64,000 nucleotides of DNA from Chiloscyllium plagiosum (Eukaryota), in contig NC_057752.1 in assembly GCF_004010195.1 (NCBI RefSeq), positions 12,836,381-12,900,380 on the forward strand, written 5' to 3'. A program made the position numbers and the translations under genes. This document shows positions 1 through 12,470 of this stretch, in pieces. The first letter of the stretch is position 1; each line of letters begins with the position of its first letter. The notes below the pieces were generated by a model. That model was not told where the DNA came from, did not search any database, and saw only the letters and a program-made list of their open reading frames with translations.

Positions 1-113
1 TGCCCGAAATGTTGATTCTCCTGTTCCTTGAATGCTGCCTGACCTGCTGCGCTTTTCCAGCAACACATTTTCAGCTCTGATCTCCAGCATCTGCAGTCCT
101 CACTTTCTCCTCC
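1..113 (+). mobile_element. Penelope-like element terminal repeat (family P1), cut by the window edge within the hammerhead motif
   Basis: Starts tgcccGAAAtgttgattctcctg and continues gctgcctgacctgctgcgcttttccagcaacacattttcagctctgatctccagcatctgcagtcctcactttctcc; near-identical to 6775-6874 and to the reverse complement of 33165-33245. Confidence 0.75.
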
Positions 114-700
114 TATAGGATGTTGGGCCTTCATAGTGAGAGGGTTCGAGTACAGGAGCAGGGATGTCTTGCTGCAGTTGGACAGGGCCTTGGTGAGACC
201 ACACCTGGAGTATTATGTGCAGTGTGGGTCTCCTTATCTGAGGAAGGATGTTCTGGTGATGGAGGGAGTACAGCAAAGGTTTCCCAGACTGATTCCTGGA
301 TGGCAGGACTGACGTATGAAGACAGACTGGATCAGTTAGGATTATATTCACTAGACTTTAGAAGAATGAATCCTCTAAAATTCTAACAGGACCAAATAGG
401 GTAAACACAGGATGGATGTCCCTGAGGACCAGGGGGTTCAGAGCCAGGGTCGACAGTCTAAGGGTACAGACTGAGCTGAGGAGAAATGTCTTCACCCAGA
501 GAGTGGGGAGCCTGTGGAATTCTCTGCCACAGAAAGCATTTGAGGGTGAAATATTGAATATTTTCAAGAAGGGGTTAGATATATTTCTTAGAGCTAAAGG
601 GATCAAAAGGTATGGGCTGAGAAATGGGAACAGGGGACTGAGTTGGATGATCGTATTGAAGGGTTGAATGACCTCCTCCTGCTCCTATTTTCTGTGTTTT
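114..700 (+). mobile_element. CR1 LINE 3' fragment (decayed ORF2 C-terminus and 3' UTR)
   Basis: Frameshifted peptides GLTYEDRLDQLGLYSLDFRR and RRNVFTQRVGSLWNSLP match the CR1 ORF2 C-terminus; ends in ctcctgctcctattttctgtgttt. Confidence 0.85.
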
Positions 701-844
701 AATTACTTCTATTGCTTATGTTCTGATGAACCAAGTGGCTGTGACTGTTTGAAGTCAGACCTATGTCTGTTAACACATATCGTTAGGTAAAAGACAACTT
801 AAGGACAAACGTAAAGTCAACCTAGGCTCACACTGTCATTATAA

Positions 845-990
845 CGATGGCTTAACCTGAGGACCATCATGCCTCAAGTTAGGGGTGAGATTGCAAAGGT
901 GGAACCTTCGTGATGACTGATGCCAGTGTGGGAATTAAACCCATGCTGTTGACATCACTTTGTATCAGCAGCATCTAACCAGTGGAGCTA
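845..990 (-). mobile_element. tRNA-derived SINE (family C), decayed
   Basis: Minus strand reads ttagctccactggttag...gggtttaattccc (A-box and B-box-like); homologous copies at 22085-22280 and 44220-44395. Confidence 0.6.
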
Positions 991-1242
991 AGAGAGAGAG
1001 AAAGAAACTGACACCACAGAGAACTTGCACAGTTACTGCCTTTGCTGTTTGGATTCATGTATCGCTGGACATCGGAGTGCATCTGGGAAAATCAACAAAC
1101 AGTGAAATTTACAAATGATCTTGGAGGAACTGTTTGGGCGAAGTCACAGCACGGAAACAGATAAGTGAATAGTTTTAACCTGGAGCAGTGTTTTGTAGAG
1201 GAATAAGACGGTGTTATTTTCTGGTAGATTGTGAAGGAACAA

Positions 1243-2163
1243 AAATGGCCTTCAGTAGAGCGATATGCACTTCTCGTCAGATGTGGGAGTTTAAGGGTTA
1301 CTGTGAATCTGCAATAAATGCTGTTGGTTGCGAATCCTATCAGATCGAATGGATCGGTTGGGGAGACAGTTAGAGGCAATGAGGAGTTTGCAACAGCAAC
1401 GGTATGTGATGGATGGCAGTTATAGGAAGGGAGAAAAGTCACAGATACAGTCACATAGGTGGGTTAAATCCAGGAAAGGTAAGAGAGGGAGGCAGTTAGT
1501 GCAGGAATCTTCTATGGCTATCCCCATTTCAAACAAGTGTGCTGTTTTGGAAAATGTAGGGGGTGATGGATTCTCAGGGGAATGTAGCATGAACAGCCAA
1601 GTTTCTGGTATTGAGACTGGCTTTAATGCAACGAGGGGTATGTTGGCTTCCAAGAGATCGATTGTCGTAGGGGACTCTCTAGTCTGAGGAACAGACAGAC
1701 GTTTCTGTGGCCAGCAGTGAAAAAGCAGAATGATGTGTTGTTTCACTGGTGCCAGATCAAGGATGTCTCGGAGAAGGTGCAGAATGTTCTCAAGGGGGAG
1801 AGGGGCCAGCAAGAGGTCATTGTCCAAATTGCAACCAACGACATAGGAAGGGAAAAGGTTGAGATTCTGATTGGAGATTACAGAGAGTTAGGCAGGAATT
1901 TAAAAAGGAGATCCTCAAGGGTAGTAATATCTAGATTACTCGTGGTGCTACGAGCTAGTGAGGGCAGGAATAGGAGGATAGAGCAGATGAATGCATGGCT
2001 GAGGAGCTGGTGTATGGGAGAAGGATTCACATTTTTGGATCATTGGAATCTCTTTTGGGGTAGAAGTGACCTGTACACGAAGGACGGATTGCACCTAAAT
2101 TGAAAGGGGGCTAATATACTAGCAGGGAGATTTGCTCGAGCTACTCGGGAGGATTTAAACTAG
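1243..2163 (+). pseudogene. CR1 ORF1 remnant: coiled-coil plus SGNH/GDSL esterase domain
   Basis: IVVGDSLV (GDS block), IATNDIG (GxND block) and DGLHLN (DxxH block) across ORFs 1328-1687 and 1717-2103; ends tttaaacTAG at 2163. Confidence 0.85.
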
Positions 2164-2299
2164 TAAGGTGGGGGGGTGTTGCTGGGACCCAGGGAAATAG
2201 GGAGAAAAGAGATCAATCTGATACTGGTACAGTTGAGAACAGAAGTGAGTCAAACTGTCAGGGCAGGCAGGGACAAAGCAGAGAACAAGGTAGGACTGA

Positions 2300-4418
2300 T
2301 AAATGAAACTGCATTTATTTCAATGCAAGGGGCATAACAGGGAAGGCAGATGAACTCAGGGTATGGTTAGGAACATGGAACTGGGATGTCATAGCAATTA
2401 CAGAAACGTAGCTCCGTGATGGACAGGACTGGCAGCATAAATGTTCCAGGATACAAATGCTACAGGAAGGATAGAAAGGGAGGCAAGAGAGGAGGGGGAA
2501 TGGTGTATTTGATAAGGGATAGCATTATAGCTGTACTGAGGGAGGATATTCCTGGAAATAAATTCAGGGAAGTTATTTGGGTGGAACTGAGAAATAAGAA
2601 AGGGATGATCACCTTGTTGGGATTGTATTATAGACCTCTTAATAGTCAGAGGGAAATTGAGAAACAAATTTGTGGAGATCTTCGCTATCTGTAAGAATAA
2701 TAGGGTAGTTATGGTAGGGGATTTTAACTTTCCAAACATAGACTGGGACTGCCATAGTGTTAGGGGTATAGATGGAGAGGAATTTGTGAAGTGTGTACAA
2801 GAAAGTTTTCTGAATCAGTATGTGGATGTACTGACTAGAGAAGGTGCAAAACCTGACCTAATGTTGGGAAATCAGGCAGGGCAGGTGACTGAGGTGTCAG
2901 TGGGGGAGCACTTTGGGCATGGCAACCATATTTCTATTAGATTTAAAATATTGATGGAAAAGGATAGACCAGATCTAAAAGTTGAAGTTCTGAATTAGAG
3001 AAAGGCCAATTTTGACGGTATTAGGCAAAAACTTTTAAAAGCTGATTGGGGGCAAATGTTCGCAGGTAAAGGGACGGCTGGAAACTGGGAAGCCTTGAGA
3101 AATGAGATAACGAGAATCCAGAGACAGTATATTCCTGTCAGGGTGAAAGGAAAGGCTGGTAGATAGAGGGAATGCTGGATGACTAAAGAAATTAAGGGTT
3201 TGATTAAGAAAAAGGAGGAAGCATATGTCAGGTATAGACAGGATAGATCGAGTGAATCCCCAGAAGAGTATAAAAGCAGTAGGAGTATACTTAAGAAGGA
3301 AATCAGGAGGGCAAAACGGGGACATGAGATAGTTTTGGCAAATAGAATTAAGGAGAATCCAAAGGGTTTTTACAAATACATTAAGGACAAAAGGGTAGCG
3401 AGGGAGAGAATAGGGTCCCTCAAAGATCAGCAAGGCGGCCTTTGTGTGGAGCTGCAGAAAATGGGGGAGATACTAAACTAGTATTTTGCATCAGTATTTA
3501 ATGTGAAAAAGGTCATGGAAGATATAGAATGTAGAGAAATAGATGGTGACATCTTGAAAAATATCCATATTACAGAGGAGGAAGTGCTGGATGTCTTGAA
3601 ATGCATAAATGTGGATAAATCCCCAGGACCTGATCAGGTGTACCCTTGAACTCTGTGGGAAGCTAGGGATGTGATTGCTGGGCCTCTTGCTGAGATATTT
3701 GTATCATCGATAGTCACAGGTGAGGTGCTGGAAGACCGGAGGTTGGCTAATGTGGTGCCACTGTTTAAGAAGGGTGGTAAGGACGAACCAGGGGACTATA
3801 GACGTCAGTGGTCAGCAAGTTGTAGGAGGGAATCCTGATGGACAGGATGTACATGTATTTGGAATAGTGAAGAAGGCGTTTGGTATGCTTTCTTTTATTG
3901 GTCAGAGTATTGAGTACAGGAGTTGGGAGGTCATGTTGCAGCTGTGCAGGACATTAGTTCGGCCTCTGTTGGAATATTGCGTGCAATTCTGGCCTCCTTC
4001 CGATCGGAAAGGGTTCAGAAAAGATTTATAAGGATGTTGCCAGGGTTGGAGGGTTTGAGCTATAGGGAGAGGCTGAACAGGCTTGGGGCTGTTTTCCCTG
4101 GAGCGTCGGAGGCTGAGGGGTGACCTTTTCGAGGTTTACAAAATTATGAGGGGCATGGATAGGATAAATAGACAAAGTCTTTTCCCTGGGGTCGGGGAGT
4201 CCAGAACTAGAGGGCATAGGTTTAGGATGAGAGGGGAAAGATATAAAAGAGATTTAAGGGGCAACGTTTTCACGCAGAGGGCGATACGTGTGTGGAATGA
4301 GCTGCCAGAGGAAGTGGTGGAGGCTGGTACAATTGCAACATTTAAGAGGCATTTGGATGGGTATATGAATAGGAAGGGTTTGGAGGGATATGGGCCAGGT
4401 GCTGACAGGTGGGACTAG
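2300..4418 (+). pseudogene. CR1 ORF2 remnant: APE-like endonuclease, linker and C-terminus; RT core absent
   Basis: CIYFNARG, GYKCYRKDR, LLGLYYRP, MVGDFNFPNIDW, ENPKGFYKYI and KSPGPD motifs; no GVPQGS or FADD motif between 3860 and 3870. Confidence 0.88.
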
Positions 4419-4659
4419 ATTGGATTGGGATATCTGGTCGGCATGGACAAATTGGACCGAAGGGTCTGTTTCCATGCTGTACATCTCTATGACTCTCTGA
4501 CTCTATAACCGATCCTGCATTCCAGTAATATAAAGCATGGAACTTATCAGAGACCAAGGCTCCATGAGCAAATCGGAATATTAGATCACGTTGGAAACTT
4601 AAAAGAAGTAATTTGTGTTAACTGAGTTTGTTGGAGGCCTGCAATCTTGAGAATGTAAT

Positions 4660-6570
4660 CTCAAACTCCATATTGACGTGGGTTCAAATGAATCCCTTGA
4701 ACAGGATAAAAAATGTAGGGGCATTCTTAAGTGGGAGATCAGGAAAGCAAAGAGGGGAAATGAGATTGCTTTGGCAGATAAGATTAAGGATAATCCAAAG
4801 AGATTCCATAAATACATTAAGAGCAAGAGAGCAACTAGAGAGAGGCTCGGGCCCCTTAAAGATCAAAGAGGTCTTTGTGTTGAACCTCCAGAATTGGGAG
4901 AGATATTAAATTAATATTTTCCATCAGTTTTTACTGTGGAGAAAGAAATGGAGGCTTAGAGTACTCTTGGAAATAAATATTAATATTTTGAAAACAGTTC
5001 ACAATACAGAAGTGGAAGTGCAGGAGGTCTTAGAAAATATGAAGGTGAGTAAATCTCCACAAGCTGATCTAGTGTATCCCAGGACATTAGTTAAGTGGGA
5101 ATTCACGTGAATTAAGGGAGGAAATTGCAGGGCCCCTTGCAGAAATAATTGCCTCACCTATAACTATAAGTGAGGTGTTGGAGGACTGGAGGGTGGCTAA
5201 TGTTGTACCTTTGTTTTAAGAAGCAGCCTGGGAACTATAGACATGAGTCTGACTTGGGTGGTGGTTACATTGTTGGAGGTAATTCTGAAAAATCAGATTT
5301 ACATTCACTTGGAAAGGCATGAATGGTTAGGAATAGGCAGCATGGCTTTGTTCAATGGAAAGCGTGTTTGAAAATCTTGTTTGAGTTTTTTGAGCAAGGA
5401 ACCAAGAAGATTGAGGGCAGAGCGGTGGATGTTATTTACTTGGACCTTAGTAAAGTCTTTGACAAGGGTCCGCATCGTAGACTAATTAGTAAAGTTAAGT
5501 CACATTGGATTTGGGGTGAACTTGCCAATTGGATACAAACTTGGCTTAATGGCAGGGGACGTAGTGGTGGTGGAGGGTTGTGTTTTGGACTGGAGGCCTG
5601 TGGATCAGTGCTGGGTCCACCTTTGTTTGTTATTTACATAAATTATTTGGATGAGAACATAGAAAGCATGGTCAGTATGTTTGCAGATGACTCCAAAATT
5701 GGTTTGGTATCATGGATAATGAAGACATTTGTCTAAGGTTACAAAGAAATCTTGATCAGCTGGGTCAATGAGCTGAAGAATGGTGGATGGAGTTTAATTT
5801 GGATAACTGTGAGGTATTGCATTTTGGTAAAACAAACAATGGCAGGACTTCTGCAGATAAAGTTAGGGCCTTGGGTACTGTTGTAGAACAGAGAGACCTA
5901 AGGGTTCAGGTACATGTGAAGTTTGCGTGGGGGGTGGGGGTAAGAAGTTGTTCAGCATGCTTACCTTCATTGCTCAGTCCTTTGAGTGCAGGAGTTGGGA
6001 TGTCATGTTGAGGTTCTCCAGGACATTGGTGAGGCCACTTCTGGTGTATTGTTTCCAGTTCTGATCTCTCTGTTATTGGAAGTATATTACTAAGCTAGAG
6101 GGTTCAGAAAAGATTTAGCAGGGTATTGCCAGGCATGGAGGTTTGGGTTATAAGGAGGGGTTGGATCGGCTGGGACGTTTTTCACTGGAGTATAGGAAAT
6201 TGAAGGGTGACCTTAAAGGGGTTTATAAAATCATGAGGGGTAAATGATGTGTCGTTTTCCTATGGTGGGGTATTTCAAGATTAAGGGGCATATTTTAAAG
6301 GTGAGAGGAGAAAGATTTTAAAAAAGACACGAGGGGCAACGTTTTTACACAGAGGGTGGTTTGTATGGGGAATGAACTTCCTGAGGAAGTGGTGGATGTG
6401 GGGACAGTTACAATGTTTAAAAGACATTTGGATAAGTACATGAATAGGAAAGATTTGGAGGGATATGGGCCAAGGGCGGGCATGTGGGGCTAGTTTAGTT
6501 TGGGATTATGGTCACTGTGGGCTGGTTGGACTGAGTGTGTTTCTGTGCCGTAAAACTGTGACTATGATGT
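4660..6570 (+). mobile_element. Older 5'-truncated CR1 LINE (ORF2 linker, RT, 3' UTR)
   Basis: KDNPKRFHKYI, QHGF, VDVIYLDLSKVFDK, GSVLGPPLFVIYIN, FADD and MEFNLDNCEVLHFG in broken frames. Confidence 0.9.
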
Positions 6571-6721
6571 GTTTTTTTTTGGTTTGAACTTTAAAAATTT
6601 GGTATCAGTAAAAGCTGTTGTCAGAAAAATGTAACAAATTAATTACATCGTTTCGGGGAGGCACTCTGTTGTTTCCTCCTGGCCTGCTCTGTTTGTGACT
6701 CCAGTTTCATACTTATATACG

Positions 6722-6874
6722 TTGCTGGAAAAGCGCAGCAGGTCAGGCAGCACCCAAGGAGCAGGAGAATCGACGTTGATTCTCCTGCTCCTTGGATGCT
6801 GCCTGACCTGCTGCGCTTTTCCAGCAACACATTTTCAGCTCTGATCTCCAGCATCTGCAGTCCTCACTTTCTCC
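6722..6874. mobile_element. Fold-back PLE terminal-repeat insert (family P1) with 15-bp TSD
   Basis: Inverted arms 6721-6774 and 6775-6828; flanks tcatacttatatacg (6707-6721) and tcatacctatatacg (6875-6889). Confidence 0.85.
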
Positions 6875-7224
6875 TCATACCTATATACGCTTATTTTTAA
6901 ACTTCCTCAGAAGTAACTCCGTCAATCCCTCAGAAAGCCTTGCTGGTAACACCAAGATTGCAAGAGTGAATAAACAAAGTAAATGAGCACAAGTCCTGAA
7001 GAATTACATTTAATTCATTCCTGCGGTGTGGGCATCAGGCAAGCCCAGTCTGTGCTGTCCATCTCTAGTTGCCCTTGGATTGGCTTACTGAGTTGGCTGG
7101 ATAGTGTGGAATAACATTTCCTGTTAAGGCATAAGCAGTTCTCAGTGCCTGCCTTTTCATCTCATGCAGTCCTGGCATACGCTATGACTGCCTTCGTGCA
7201 ATAAGGGCATGCAGCAAGAGAGAG

Positions 7225-7460
7225 CATTGCCCCTTGAGAAGGTGGTGGTGAGCTGCCTTCTTGAACTGCTGCAGTCAATGTGCTGTGGGTAGACTCACAA
7301 TGCCCTTTAATCCAGGAATTTGATGGTGAAGGAATATATACTTCCAAGTCAGGATGGTGAGTGTCTTGGAGGGGAATTTGCAGGGGGTAGTGCTCTTATG
7401 TATCTGCTGCTCCTGTGCTTCTAGATGGAAGGGCATATGGGTTTGGAAAGGGCTATCTAA
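7225..7460 (-). mobile_element. LINE-B 3' end fragment
   Basis: ttgccccttgagaaggtggtggtgagctgccttcttgaac...ttccaagtcaggatggtgag block repeated many times in the window. Confidence 0.8.
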
Positions 7461-7924
7461 TGTTGGGATTTCTACAGGGATATTAGCTGTAAGACTACAG
7501 CCAATGTCAAATAAGGAGCACTAGATGGTGAAACTTGGCATGGGGTCAAGAGAAGGGCAAAGATAATAACTACATATTTTATCTCAATTATCACAGAAGA
7601 GGTAACTATTGACCACCACCAAGGGTGCAGAATTGTGCATGGATATTAAGATCCAAAGAGAGCTGGCATTAAATAGGCTGCTCATATTCAATTTAAAACC
7701 TGTCATTGTCTTCTACCTGAGGACAGCTCGTGAGGAATTGGAGATTTTTCTGTGGGAAGGAAAATGGCACCATGAGGTGAGCAGGTTTGTGTGAGTGGCA
7801 TCCCTATTCAAAGCAAAAAAAAACATTTATTTTGAGTGGATTCACCACTGCATTCAGCCAGCAGTATCTCTGATGAGTCATGTTGGAATGTTAAGTGCTT
7901 TAACAGTTCAAGTGACCAATTCTC

Positions 7925-8360
7925 CAGTAGCTTTCACAAACCCCAGGATGCACCGAAGTACTTTCTGAAATGTAGTTCACTGTTGTGATGTCTGAAATGC
8001 AGTGGCCATTTTGTGAACACTGAGCTACCACAGACAGCAATGAGTTTGTGACTGGACATTGGTTTGCTTTTTGCATTTCTGATCAAGGGGTAAGTACTGG
8101 CCAGGACATTAGGACTGCATTTCTGATTGCATTTCTGATCAAGGGGTAAGTACTGGCCAGGACAGAAGGAATCCCCTTCTCTTGCAAATGTGATCTTTCA
8201 GATCCACCCCTGAGAGATTGAAGGAGGACTCAGTTTAGTGTCTCACTTGGGAGTCTGTGCTGCTGACAGTGCAGCACTTTCTGTACTGCATTAGGATGGC
8301 AGCCTGGATTTTTTTTTGTGCTCTAATCTCTAGTGTGGCACTCGAGCCTGGGAGCTTTTA
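7925..8360 (-). mobile_element. Deu-domain-like SINE (SacSINE1/AmnSINE1-like), decayed
   Basis: Minus strand has tccaggctg...cagtacagaaagtgctgcactgtcag, tgtcctggccagtacttacccc and cattgctgtctgtgg; homologous to 43735-44110 and 36325-36500. Confidence 0.65.
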
Positions 8361-8369
8361 CTGTGGTTA

Positions 8370-8920
8370 GTACATAAGTATAGGAGTGGGGAGGCCATGT
8401 TGCATGGTACAGGACATTGGTAAGGCCACTTTTGGAATACTGCGTTCGGTTCTAGTCACCCTGCTATAGGAAGGATGTTGTGAAACTTGAAAGGGTTCAG
8501 CAAAGATTTACAAGAATGTTGCCAGGGTTGGAGGGTTTGAGCTATAGGGAGAGGCTGAACAGGCTGGGGCTGTTTTCCCTGGAGCATCAGAGGCTGAAGG
8601 GTGACCTTATACAGGTTTCAAAAATCATGAGGGACATGGACAGGGTGAATAGCGAAAGTCTTTTTTCCCTAGGATTGGGGAGTCCAAAACTAAAGGACAT
8701 AGGTTTAAGGTGTGAGGAATGTGGAGGGTGGTGCGTGTGTGGAATGAGCTGCCAGAGGAAGTGGTGGAGACTGGTACAATTACAACATTTAAAAGGCATG
8801 GGTATATGAGTAGGAAGGGTTTGGAGGGATATGGGCCAAATACTGCCAATGGGACTAGTTTAATTAGACAAGTTGGACTGAAGGGTCTGTTTCCGTGCTG
8901 TGCAACCCCATGACTCTATA
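8370..8920 (+). mobile_element. CR1 LINE 3' fragment
   Basis: KLERVQQRFTRMLPGLEGLSYRERLNRLGLFSLE and VWNELPEEVVE; close to 3910-4500. Confidence 0.9.
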
Positions 8921-9224
8921 ACAGTGAGGCCGCAATGGGCAAGGGGCTATTCATTCAGCACTAGGAGGCAGGATTAAATTCCGTCTGAAAGAGGCTTTTC
9001 ATCCAGTCTACCCACCGAGAGAGGCCCCCATGTAACAAATTTAAGGGATGTCTGCTCTGTCCCCAGATGGGTGAGATTCTAAACACTAAACTCCCAATGG
9101 GAGAAGTACGATTTGCATGCAACCTTTTCCAAAACTGGCTGGCGTGAGGAATAAAAATCAATCCAGTGTGATAGCCTGATGCTTTTCTGAGACAAGTCCT
9201 TCTCTCATGTTGGATAGTTTCCTT

Positions 9225-10010
9225 TTATTTTATTTACTTGTGGGACATGGGCTTCACTGGCTGGGCCAGCATTTATTACCCTGTCCCTAATTGCCCCTTG
9301 AGAAGGTGGTGGTGAGCTGCCTTCTTGAACCACTGCAATCCATGTGCTGTGGGTTGACCCACAATGCCTTGAGGGAGGGGATTCCAGGATTTTGAACCAG
9401 CAACACTGAAGGACCGGTGAGATATTTCCAAGTCAGGATGGTGAGGGGCTTGGAGGGGAACTTGCAGGAGGTGGTGTTCCCATACATCAACTGCCCTTGT
9501 TATTTTAGATGGAAGTGGTCGTGGGTTTGGAAGATGTTGCATAAGGAGAGCCGTAGTGAGTTTCTGCAGCGCATCTTGTAGATGGTATACACCGTTGCTC
9601 CTGAGCGTCAGTGGGGGAGGGAGTGGATGTTTGTGGATGTGGGGCCAATCAAGCGGCTGCTTTGTCCTGGATGGTGTTGAGCTTCTTGAGTGTTGTTGGA
9701 GCTGCCCCCATCCAGGGGCAAGTGGGGAGTATTCCATCACACTCCACCATCCACAAGACTCCATGCCTTGTAGATGGTGGGACAGGCCCTGGGGAGACAG
9801 GAGGTCAGTTACTCATTGCTATGTTCCCATCCTCTGACCTGCTCTTGTAGCCACTGTGTTTATGCGGTGAATCCTGTTGGGATTCTGGTCAATGGTAATC
9901 CACAGGATATTGATAGTGGAGGATTCGTGATGGTAGCACCATTGAATGCCAAGGGGCAGTTATTGGAGATGTTTATCAGCTGGCATTTCTGTAGCGTGAA
10001 TGTTACCTGG
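9225..10010 (-). mobile_element. LINE-B (second CR1-group non-LTR family) 3' portion
   Basis: Minus-strand peptides MEYSPLA, QHLPNPRPLP and KSWNPLP; tail agggatgggcaataaatgctggc-type; homologous to RT-bearing copy 29425-30385. Confidence 0.85.
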
Positions 10011-10681
10011 GTGCCAAAAGCTGCCAGTGTCTCCTGTCACCTCACTGCCAGACCCCACCTTAACCTGTGGGGAAAATACTTCCAAATCTCTGTTTGCAAA
10101 GACGTCTGTCCTGTGACTGCTCCTTTACAGAGGACAGAATCAGCCCATTGACTAAAGGAAGAACCGTGGGGAAAAAGTAGGAGTGTTTGTGATGAATTGG
10201 ATAGCTCTTTGCAAGAGCTGGCACAGACATGGTGGATTGATTGGCCTCCTCCTATACAGTTAGATTCTGTGCTACCACAAGCTAATGAATTCACCATTGT
10301 AAGTCTTTGCAAACCCATCGTGTTCAAGTTAATCAACGGTTCAGGGCTTTTGGAGTTTGTCCTCCGGATGTGTCCCTCCCAAGGTGCCTCAAGGTTATTG
10401 CCCTTCCAATCGAAAAAATTAGTTTTATAACTGACTATCTAGGCCATTTCAGGGTGAATTCTAACCTAATTTTTCCAGTCTGGCATCCATGTAATATGAG
10501 TCACCATATGTGGACGTGGACTCCCAGCCTTGGCGCAGACCCAGTGAGGTCTGGGTTGGAAGGACTGTTATTCTGAACTCTTATTTCTTTATTTTTCTCA
10601 TTTATTTCTGGACTTTTTATTTCTCTAATTTTATAGCGCTTTTCCCTTAGAATTTGTACTCAAGAATTTATACCAAGGTAC

Positions 10682-11020
10682 CCAGTGATGTTATTGCTGG
10701 ACTGTTAATCTAGAGACCCAGGTCATATTCTGGGGACCCGGGTTCAAATCCTACCACAGCAGATGGTGACATTTGAATTCAATATTAAAATGAAATTGGA
10801 ATTAAAAGTGGCCATAAAACCATTATCAATTGTTGGGGAAAACCCATCTGGTTCGCTAATGTCCTTGAGGGAAGAAAACTGTTGTCTTTACCTGGTCTGG
10901 GCCTACATGTGACTCTAGGCCCACAGCCAATGTGGTTGACTCTTAACTGCCTTCTGAGATGGGCAAGAAGAGCTGGGGTAGCCAGTGACTCCCACATTCT
11001 GTGAATGAATTTTTAAACAT
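10682..11020 (+). mobile_element. tRNA-derived SINE-B sharing the LINE-B 3' tail
   Basis: B-box-like gggttcaaatcc at ~10739; core cccatctggttc...cttacctggtctgggcctacatgtgactc; tail cccacattctgtgaatgaa; other copies at 14200-14500, 33795-33985, 35180-35470, 47770-48125 and 55990-56230. Confidence 0.8.
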
Positions 11021-11984
11021 CCTTTGTACATAATATGGCATTGTAAGTGGTGACTTTGTAAACTTTTCACTATACTCGTGACAATAAAGCTAATTCTAAT
11101 GTCGGCCCTCTGGGCATTTAGAGATGGGCAGTAAATACTGGCTGAACCAGTGATGCCCACATTCCATGAGTAAATTAAAAAAAATTCTTATTGCCCGTTT
11201 AGATCTTTTCTCAGTGAATTTAAGCCTATGTTCTGTAATTATTGACCGACTCACCACAGCGAGAATAGGTTTCCTGTGTCTACTTTCTCAAATCCTCTCT
11301 GCATCTTGAAAACTTCTATTCAGTCACTTTCTAATCTTCTCTGTTACAAGGAGAATTTTTCCAAACCCTCTTCATTGCTGAAGTTCCTCAACCAGAAAAG
11401 AGTTCCTCTGTTTCCTTTCTAAGGCGCAGAATTATCTACACTATTCAAGCTGAAGCTGAACAGTGATTTATAAAGTTTGAGTGTTGATGCATTAAAAAGG
11501 TCTCCAGAGCTTGAGACTCACTTTATTCCACACTGCAACAGGCAGCACACTTCAAAAGTACTTCCCTGGTTGTAAGATGCTTTGGCAGGTCTTGACCATG
11601 TGGAAGATATCATATCAACATTCATTTTCTCCTTTCAAAGCTGAAGGAGTTTGGAATGGAGATTTGGATAGAAATCTATGAAAGATGGGAAGAATAGTGA
11701 TGGTTTTTATTTGATGGATTTCCTCCTTTCTGATTTCTGGCTTAGCTTTACAACATAATCCGCATATTTCACTCACTTCACCCAATGGTCACTTTACAGA
11801 GCTTTAGCATGGGATCAGATCACAACTTGGGCTCAGTAGCTGTTGTAGATATGTCCACTGGTGGAGTCAGTTGGGGTCTTCACAGAGGTCATGAACTTGC
11901 ACAGTTGGTTTGAGGGGAGCAATTTTGTTTCCAGGAACCTCTGTCATCCACTTCTGTTTGCCAAGTCAGTACTACAAGGTTTAG

Positions 11985-12470
11985 TTTTCCTTCATTCATG
12001 GGATGTGGGCATCACTGGTTGGTCAGCATTTATTACCCGTTCTTAATTGCCCCTTGAAAAGGTGCGGGTGAGCTGCCTTCTTGAACTGCTGCAGTCCATT
12101 TGCTGTAGGTAGACCCACAATTCCCTTTGGGAGGGAATTCCAGGATTTTGACCCAGCAACACTGAAGGAACGGTGATGTACTTCCAAGTCAGGATGGTGA
12201 GGGGCTTGGAGGGGAATGTGCAGGGGGTTGTGTTCCCATTTATCTGCTGCCCCTGACCTTCTAGATGGAAGTGGTCATGGGTTTGGAAGGTGCTGTTTGA
12301 GGATCTTTGGTGAGTTTCTGCAGTGCATCTTGTAGATGGTACACACTGCTGCTACTGAGCTTCGGTGGGGCAGGGAGTGGATGTTTGTGGATGTGGGTAA
12401 TCAAGCGGCTGCTTTGCCCTGGATCGTGTCAAGCTTCTTGAGTGTTGTTGGAGCTGCACCCATGCAGGCT
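11985..12470 (-). mobile_element. LINE-B 3' end
   Basis: High similarity to 9225-9720 and 29440-29890. Confidence 0.85.

Larger units (their letters stand above)
991..4507 (+). mobile_element. Near full-length CR1 LINE (5' UTR, ORF1, ORF2, tail) with internal deletion of the RT core
   Basis: ORF1 esterase motifs, ORF2 endonuclease motifs, C-terminal GNVFTQRAIRVWNELP, tail ctctatgactctctgactctata; many stops and frameshifts. Confidence 0.92.
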
